This document shows, piece by piece, positions 56,984 through 64,000 of a DNA stretch of 64,000 nt (the stretch's first letter is position 1; each line of letters opens with the position of its first letter). A program made the translations under genes and the position numbers. Source of the DNA: Anaeramoeba ignava BMAN. Lineage: Eukaryota > Protista > Anaeramoebae. The DNA lies in NCBI GenBank assembly GCA_028826165.1, contig JAPDFW010000053.1, positions 611,904-675,903 on the forward strand. Direction: 5' to 3'. The notes beneath the pieces were generated by a model. The model was given only the letters and a program-made list of their open reading frames with translations. It did not search any database and was not told the origin of the DNA.

Positions 56984-59422
56984 TTATCTTTGATTTGGTT
57001 GAAAATTTGGTTGAAAAGTTGATTGATTTGATGATTGTTGATAAGTAGAAGTTTGCGAATTTAAATTTGATTGTTGATAATTTGATTGTTGATAATTTGA
57101 TTGTTGATAATTTGATTGACTAGGATAAGTAGTTTGTTGATAACTAGTCTGATTTGGATAAACTGAGTGATGATAATTTGAATGATAAGTTGGTTGTTGA
57201 TAAGCTGATTGATAATTTTGATTGTATTGATTTTTAGAAGATTTTGAATAATAATTGTTTCCATAAGATTGATTGTAATTTTGATATCCCTTTTGATTAT
57301 AATAGTAACTTTGATTTGGATTCATTCCCATCATCCCAGGATTTTGTTGTGTGTATCTATTTCTTTGATAGGGTGAATAGGGATGGAATTGCTGAGCTCC
57401 AAATGTTTGATTTTGATAATAGTTTGAAAATCGTTTTTGTTTTAGTTTTTGATCTTGAGGAATACACCATTCAATTTTCAGCATTCTTCCTTTGAATTGA
57501 TGTCCTTGATATTTATCTATTGCCTCTTCGGCTTGTTTTCTTGTTTTAAAATTAATAATCGCATGTCCAAGTGGTCTTGATGTTAACTTGTCCAGCGGAA
57601 TTTTGACTCTTTCAATTCCTGTTACTGATCCTCCAAATAGATTGTATATTTCATCTTCTCGAGTTTCTCCTGGAACACCTTTAATAAATAGAGTTTTCAC
57701 ACTTAAACTATGTTTGAAAATTATATTTTTATATTTATATTTTTTAATCCAAATCAAAATTAAAAACTTCAATAAATAAATATTCAAATTGCTGTTCTTG
57801 TCTTAATGTTGAAATTATACACAATTCTTGGATCTTGTGCTTTTATTTGTGCAAAAGAGGCAAATAAATCAGACATTCCAAGAGTTGCTGATCTTGTTAT
57901 ATTTTTTAAAGCTTGTGAAGCTAATTTATTTGTTTTAAATGTTGCCCATCCATAAGATTTAGATTTTCCATCACTACTGTATGCGAGATCAAAACTTTCT
58001 AAAGGAACTCCTGCTACTTTTTCAATTTCTTGTTTAGTTTCTTCTTCTGTAAAATTACGAGGGATTTTTCCAATAAAAAGTTTATTTTTTGGATCGATTA
58101 AATTGATTTGGACTTCTTGGCTAATTAAAAATAATATTAAAAATAAATTTAATTAAATATTTAAAATAAATTTAATTGAATTGAATATTGAATATTGAAT
58201 ATTGAATATTGAATATTGAATATTGAATTGAATATTGAATATTGAATATTGAATTTTGAATATTGAATATTGAATATTGAATATTGAATTAAATTGAATT
58301 AAATATTGAATATTGAATATTGAATATTGAATATTGAATATTGAATATTGAATATTGAATATTGAATATTGAATATTGAATATTGAATATTGAATATTGA
58401 ATATTGAATATTGAATATTGAATATTGAATATTGAATATTGAATATTGAATATTGAATATTGAATATTGAATTAAATATTAAAAATATTAAATATTGAAT
58501 ATTAAATTGAATCTAAATATTGAATATTGAATTAATTGAATATTGAATATAAAAATAATGAATATTGGAATATTGAATGAAATTGGGAATTGGAATATAT
58601 TGAATTGGAATTAAATTGGAATTGAATTGAATTAAATATTGAATATTGAATTGAATATTTAAATTGAAATTGAATTGAATTGAATTGAATTGAATTGAAT
58701 TGAATATTAAATTGAATTGAATATTGAATATTGAATATTGAATATTGAATATTAAATTGAATTAAATATTGAATATTGAATTAAATTGAATATTGAATAT
58801 TGAATATTGAATATTAAATATTGAATATTGAATTGAATTATATTGAATTGAATTGAATATTGAATTGAATATTAAATCTCAATCCAATAGCATCAATAAG
58901 AAATATTATTTACAATTTTCCTGTAATTTGATCTTGAAAAATTGGTTTTTTAATCATATCTAAACATTTTTGAACAGATTCTTTATCATAAAAACGAACA
59001 AATCCAAAACCTCTTGTTCTTCCAGTAATTTTATCTTTAACAACTTTTGCACTATGGATATTACCAATAGATTCAAAAGCTTTACGAAATTCTTCATCAG
59101 TTACACCTCTAGCAACATCTCTCTTTTTAATTTAATTTAATTGAAAATTTTTTTTTATTTAAATTTTTTAATTGATTTTTTTTTATTTGAAATTTTTTTT
59201 TAATTTATTTACAACAAAAACTCCAAAATCAATCGCATCTTCAAATACAAAATTTTCATCATCTTCAAAAGTTATTACTTGTCCAGCTTCTTCATTAATT
59301 TCAAAACCTTTTTTTTTAATTTTAGTTTGATTTTCATTTTCATTTTCATTTTGATTTTCGTTTTGATTTTCATTTTCATTTTCGTTTTCGTTTTCGTTTT
59401 GATTTTGATTGTTTTGTTGCAT
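56984..59422 (-). CDS. Three-RRM RNA-binding protein, hnRNP Q/R (SYNCRIP)-like, with a Q/N/Y-rich C-terminal tail (4 exons)
   Basis: RRM1 GVFV|RDVARGVTDEEF...TGRTRGFGFVRF; RRM2 KNKL..GKIPRNFTEEE...SKSYGWATF; linker FAQIKAQDPRIV|LSVKTLFIKGVP; RRM3 PLGHAIINF. Introns 59212-59123, 58913-58121 and ~57820-57708. Confidence 0.8.
58121..58913 (-). repeat. RRM-gene intron 2, filled by CAATATT/CAATT repeats (sense strand)
   Basis: Long pure (AATATTG)n run on the plus strand; same units as RTEL1 intron 2. Confidence 0.9.
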
Positions 59423-60289
59423 TTTCTTTTATAAAATTTTTTCTTTTTTTAATTAAGAAATTCTTTATCTTTTTTTTTTTAATTTAAAAAAAAGTAAAAA
59501 ATGACTTATTATTTTTTAAAAAAAAATTTTTTTTTCTTTTTTTTTTTCCTTTTTTTTTTGTTGTTTTTTTTTAAATGATTCCAATCCTAAATTTCTATTT
59601 GAAAATCGCTTTAAAAATTGCTTTAAAAATTTAAATAAAGTAACGAATTAAAAATTTTAAATAGAAATTGTTTATTAAAATTATTTTTAAATTTAATAAT
59701 AAAATTTAACAAAAAAAAAAACATAAACAAAAAAAAAAGATTAATAAAAAATAAATTATAAAATCAAATTTAAACATTCTTTTTATTTTTATTTATCAAA
59801 TTATTATCATTTCTATTTTTTAACTTGTTTCATAATTTAAAAAACAATATTTTTTTCTATTATTGTTTTGAATTAAATTAAATTGAATTGAATTGAATAT
59901 TGAATTGAATTGAATTGAATTGAATTGAATTGAACATAAATCAACAACTTTAATTTGTAATTCAATTTTTAATTCAATTTTCTAATAGGATTTTCTTTTT
60001 AATTGTCTAATTGGATTTTTAAATCAATTTCTATTTTTAATTAAAATTAGATTTAAATTAGATTTCAATAAAATTTTAAATTAAAATTTTTAAAATTTAA
60101 CTTGATAAATTTAATTTTATTTTTGTTTTTGTTTTTAATTTAAAAAGGTAAACTTGTTAATGTTGTTCAAATAAGTTCAATTAAGTTCAATTAAAATAAA
60201 AAAATGAAATTTAATTTTATTTAAATTAAAAAAAAAATTTTTTTAAACTAATAATTACTCATTTCTATTAATTTTTACTCATTTCTATT

Positions 60290-61032
60290 CCAATTTTTAT
60301 TAAATTTATTTCAATATTTTAAATAATAATTAATTAATAATTTATTTATATTTTTATTTTAAAATATATATTTTATAAATTAATAATTCCACTTTTTATT
60401 TAATTTATTCCACTTTTTATTTTAAATTTATTTCAATTTTTAAATAATAATTAATTAATAATTTATTTATATTTTTATTTTAAAATATAATTTATAAATT
60501 AATTCCACTTTTTATTTAATTTATTCACTTTTTATTTTAAAATATAATTTATAAATTAATTCCACTTTTTATTTAATTTATTCCACTTTTTATTTTTAAA
60601 ATATATTTTTATAAATTAATTCCACTTTTTATTTTAAATTTATTTCAATTTTTAAATAATAATTAATTAATAATTTATTTATATTTTTATTTTAAAATAT
60701 ATTTTATAAATTAATTCCACTTTTTATTTATTTTATTTTAAATTAATTTTAAATTAATTTTGATTAAATTTATTTCAATATTTTAAATAATAATTAATTA
60801 ATAATTTATTTATATTTTTATTTTAAAATATATTTTATAAATTAATTCCACTTTTTATTTATTTTGTTTTAAATTAATTTTAAATTAATTTTGATTAAAT
60901 TTATTTCAATATTTTTAAATAATAATTAATTAATAATTTATTTTATATTTTTATTTTTAAAATATATTTTATAAATCAATTCACTTTTTATTTATTTTAT
61001 TTTAAATTAATTTTAATTAAATTTATTTCAAT
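60290..61032. repeat. Degenerate ~60-125 bp tandem duplications at the 3' end of the F-box/TM gene
   Basis: Recurrent blocks AAATTTATTTCAAT..TTTAAATAATAATTAATTAATAATTTATTTATATTTTTATTTTAAAATATA and AATTCCACTTTTTATTT. Confidence 0.8.
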
Positions 61033-62897
61033 TTTAATTTGTTTTAAAAATTTTTCCACCAAAAACCCTAACAAAAACAATGTTATGGAAACCAAAAACA
61101 ATAAAAAGGAATAAAAACAAAAATAAGAAATAGAAAAATTAAAAACCAAATTCAACATAAGCATCACTTCAGGAAGCAATAAAAACACAAAGCAAACAAA
61201 AATTCAAAAATACAAATCACATAAAAAGTTTTTGAAATGTTGCTTTTCTTAGAAAAATGCCAAAAATCATCCCAATTAAACCATATAAACCAAAACCCAT
61301 TAAAATAGCAAATCCAGCAATAATTAATCCATTATCAGATTTTTGAAATCAATCCCAATAGAAAAATCATTGCAATAAAAAGAACAATTCCAGAAACAGG
61401 AAATCAAAAACAATTGATCTTCATAAAAAGAAGATTTGAATTGAGTATCACTTTTAGCATAAAAATTCTTGAGACTTGGATAAGCCAAAAACAACAAGAA
61501 ACAATAAAGGAATCAAAAGAATAAACCATCAAAATTGAATCAAAATATTCAAACTTTAAAACAACGAGAACAATAAAAACCAAAATGAAAGGTGGAAAAT
61601 AACATTCCAAAACCTAAAAATAATATTCTGTAATAAAATCTAAATAACTTTCTCTTTCCAAGCAAAATCCAGAAACAGAAGAATAAACTAAAGATACAAA
61701 AGTTGGAATCAAAACTAAAAACCAACTTTTCTTGATTTTTTTTGTTTTCAAGTTTTAAAGCTGCTAGAAGTGGAGTCAAAACAAGAAATATAAAAAGCTC
61801 AGAATCAAAAATAAAGGATGTAATAAAACATCATTAATATTCATATAAATTTTGCAATAGATTCTCTTTTTTTTCTTTCATTTCCCATTTGGATTGCTTT
61901 TCTTAATTCATTGATTTTTTGAACAAATATTTGTTTTGGATTTGTATTGATTTCTTTCGCAAATTTTTCTTCCATTTTTTTTATTTTAAGTTCTGTATGA
62001 TCAATAAGATTTTGATCAGAATCATCACTTTCATTAAAATCTTGATTGATTGATGATTTGTTTGCAAAATAATCTCTCAATCCAATTTGACCTTTTTGAA
62101 TTTTAAATTTAGGTTTATATTTAAATTTATATTTATATTTAGATTTAAATTTATATTTAAATTTATATTTAGATTTATATTTATATTTAGATTTATATTT
62201 ATATTTCATTAAAGATTTATATTTATATTTATATTTATATTTATATTTATATTTAGATTTATATTTATATTTAAATTTATATTTAGATTTAGATTTATAT
62301 TTATATTTAAATTTAGATTTATATTTATATTTATATTTATATTTATATTTATATTTATATTTCATTAAAGATTTAGATTTAGATTTATATTTATATTTAG
62401 ATTTAGATTTAGATTTAGATTTATATTTATATTTATATTTCATTAAAGATTTAGATTTTGAATACCATATGCTGATATGGTAGAATTGTATTTATTTTGT
62501 TGAACAGTTTGAAAATCTAATGAATCTTGATAATCTTTTAAAACTTGTTTCCAAATTGTCCAGTCATTAGAAACACGATAAAATTGATGATTTACACAAG
62601 AACAAATACCAAGATAACAAGGTTTTTCGAATTTTAGAAAAATTAATAATAAAACTAAATGGAGAAAAATAAAGAAATGAATTATTTTGCTTTTTTTTTT
62701 TTTGATTTGATTTGCTTTTTACGTTCATCAGGAAGTTCTTCAAAATAATTCAAATCAAAAGAAAATTCAGAGTTTGATTCTAAAGAATGTAAAGAAAGAT
62801 CTTGGAATAAAACATCTTTTTGTTGATTTATAGTAATTGGAATTTTAGTCATTTCTTCAAAAATTTTTAATGAAATTGCACTTGGTTTAGGAATCAT
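60997..62897 (-). CDS. F-box + multi-pass membrane (TMEM185/FAM11-like) protein; 3' half frameshifted
   Basis: Splicing out intron 62722-62655 gives FEELPDELLLLIFLNSKKPCYLGICSCVNHQFYRVSNDWTIWK (F-box). Intron 62465-62092. Downstream hydrophobic segments carry LAALKLE...WFLVLIP and VVLKFE...WFILLIP patterns. Several indels lie below ~61850, so the 3' end is approximate. Confidence 0.65.
62092..62465 (-). repeat. F-box gene intron 2, filled by ATAAAT/CTAAAT hexamers (sense strand)
   Basis: GTATTC donor, CAAAAAG acceptor, phase 1; source of the spurious KY/KS ORF. Confidence 0.85.
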
Positions 62898-63050
62898 TTT
62901 TTAATTTCTTTTAATTTAAATTTAATTTAAATTGAATAATTAATAATTAATTGAGGAAAAATAAAATTTTGAAATTCTCATTTTCATTTTTGAAAAGTTT
63001 ATCAAAAGAAAAATAAATAAAATTAAAATTAAAATTAAAATTAAAATTAA

Positions 63051-64000
63051 ATGGATATTTGGGGAAGCAATCAAAACAAATAATACCAAAGAACTTAGTT
63101 CAATGAATGTGAAAAGTTTTAATGAACAAAAGATCGAACCAAAACCAATGATAATTTATGCCATTGAAGAACAATGTTCTTTGGAAACAATTAAATTTTT
63201 AGTAGAACATGGAGCAGATTTGAATGAAACTGATAAAATGCAAAAAGAAATGCACTTCATACAGCAATATTAAATCATGTGAAAATAAGTGATTTTTGTA
63301 TATAATAGATAAAGGAGGTGAGAATTGGAGCAAAATGATAATAAAAATTCAACTCCACTTCATTATACTATTCTCCATTTAGAAAGGAAATGAAAGGAAA
63401 AAGTGACAGGTTTAATGATCCGAAAAAGGGGTTGAAGTGAATGCGAAAAATAACCAAAAATGAGACACCTTTGCATTTGGCCTGCCAACAAACAGAATGA
63501 GATCCAAGTGATTCGGAACTTGATTGGTCACGGAGCAGAAGTGAATGTTTATAATTTCATCGGCGAAACACCATTGCATCTTTTTGTTTCGCAAACCAAT
63601 CACTTGATATGGCAAAAATATCTTATTCAAAACGGCGCAGATCTCTTCGCAATCACAACAAATCAGAAAGAACTTGTTTGCATTATGCTTGTTTAGAATC
63701 AACCAATTTGCAAACTGTGAAATTTCGTAGACAAAGACTCGATGTTGCGCAAGAGATTTCATGGGACTAACTGCATCTTGTCTGCAAGTAAACAGCAAAC
63801 TCTCTTGATATTGCTCAATTTCTTTTTGACTAATGGTGCTGATCTTGAGGCAAACTCGAGAGAAAAGGAATCAACACTACATCTTGCAATCGCTCAAAAT
63901 TCAATCAAATTGGTTCAGTATTCGATCAAAAATACCCAAAAACAAGTCAATCTCATTCAAATCAATTTTTGCCTGTGAAATTGAAGCTTCATTATCGATT
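63051..64000 (+). pseudogene. Ankyrin-repeat gene with many frameshifts (pseudogene or low-quality consensus), runs off the window
   Basis: Fragments IIYAIEEQCSLETIKFLVEHGADLN, ETPLHL, GAEVNVYNFIGETPLHLF, NGADL and ESTLHLAIAQN lie in shifting frames. ATG at 63051 is preceded by TCATTTT motifs. Confidence 0.6.

Noticed and set aside
59423-60290. Hidden gene or RNA gene in the long AT-rich spacer
   Set aside because: No credible ORF, splice pattern, tRNA or rRNA structure seen; no tRNA or rRNA recognised anywhere in the window.

Overview
Very AT-rich, gene-dense, intron-rich eukaryotic (protist) DNA. The ankyrin-BTB expansion, nuclear intein, Inr-like promoters and NE/NQ microsatellites suggest an Anaeramoeba-like metamonad; this is inference, not verified. 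From left to right: a head-to-tail array of four ~4 kb ankyrin-repeat/tandem-BTB genes (1-13788), a divergent ankyrin-BTB gene, RTEL1, a 7-exon Rab2-like GTPase missed by the ORF track, a divergent Sec24, an N-BAR protein, a BRSK/SAD-like kinase, a GATA-type zinc-finger protein, PCH2/TRIP13 carrying a 340-aa intein in its Walker A motif, a coiled-coil ORF, a ~14.6 kb BEACH-WD40 gene, an hnRNP Q/R-like 3-RRM gene, an F-box/multi-pass membrane gene and a frameshifted ankyrin gene. Most notable: (1) the intein with a decayed LAGLIDADG endonuclease in PCH2/TRIP13; (2) an unannotated 1318-bp TTAA-flanked, AGG...CCT inverted-repeat DNA transposon (Kolobok-like) in a BEACH intron; (3) a mosaic, DARPin-like hypervariable ankyrin-BTB array; (4) long introns filled by locally derived minisatellites that are almost G-free and AG-free on the sense strand; (5) a sense-strand TCATTTT Inr-like motif upstream of almost every gene. 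Scattered 1-nt indels look like long-read consensus errors. All coordinates were derived by eye.
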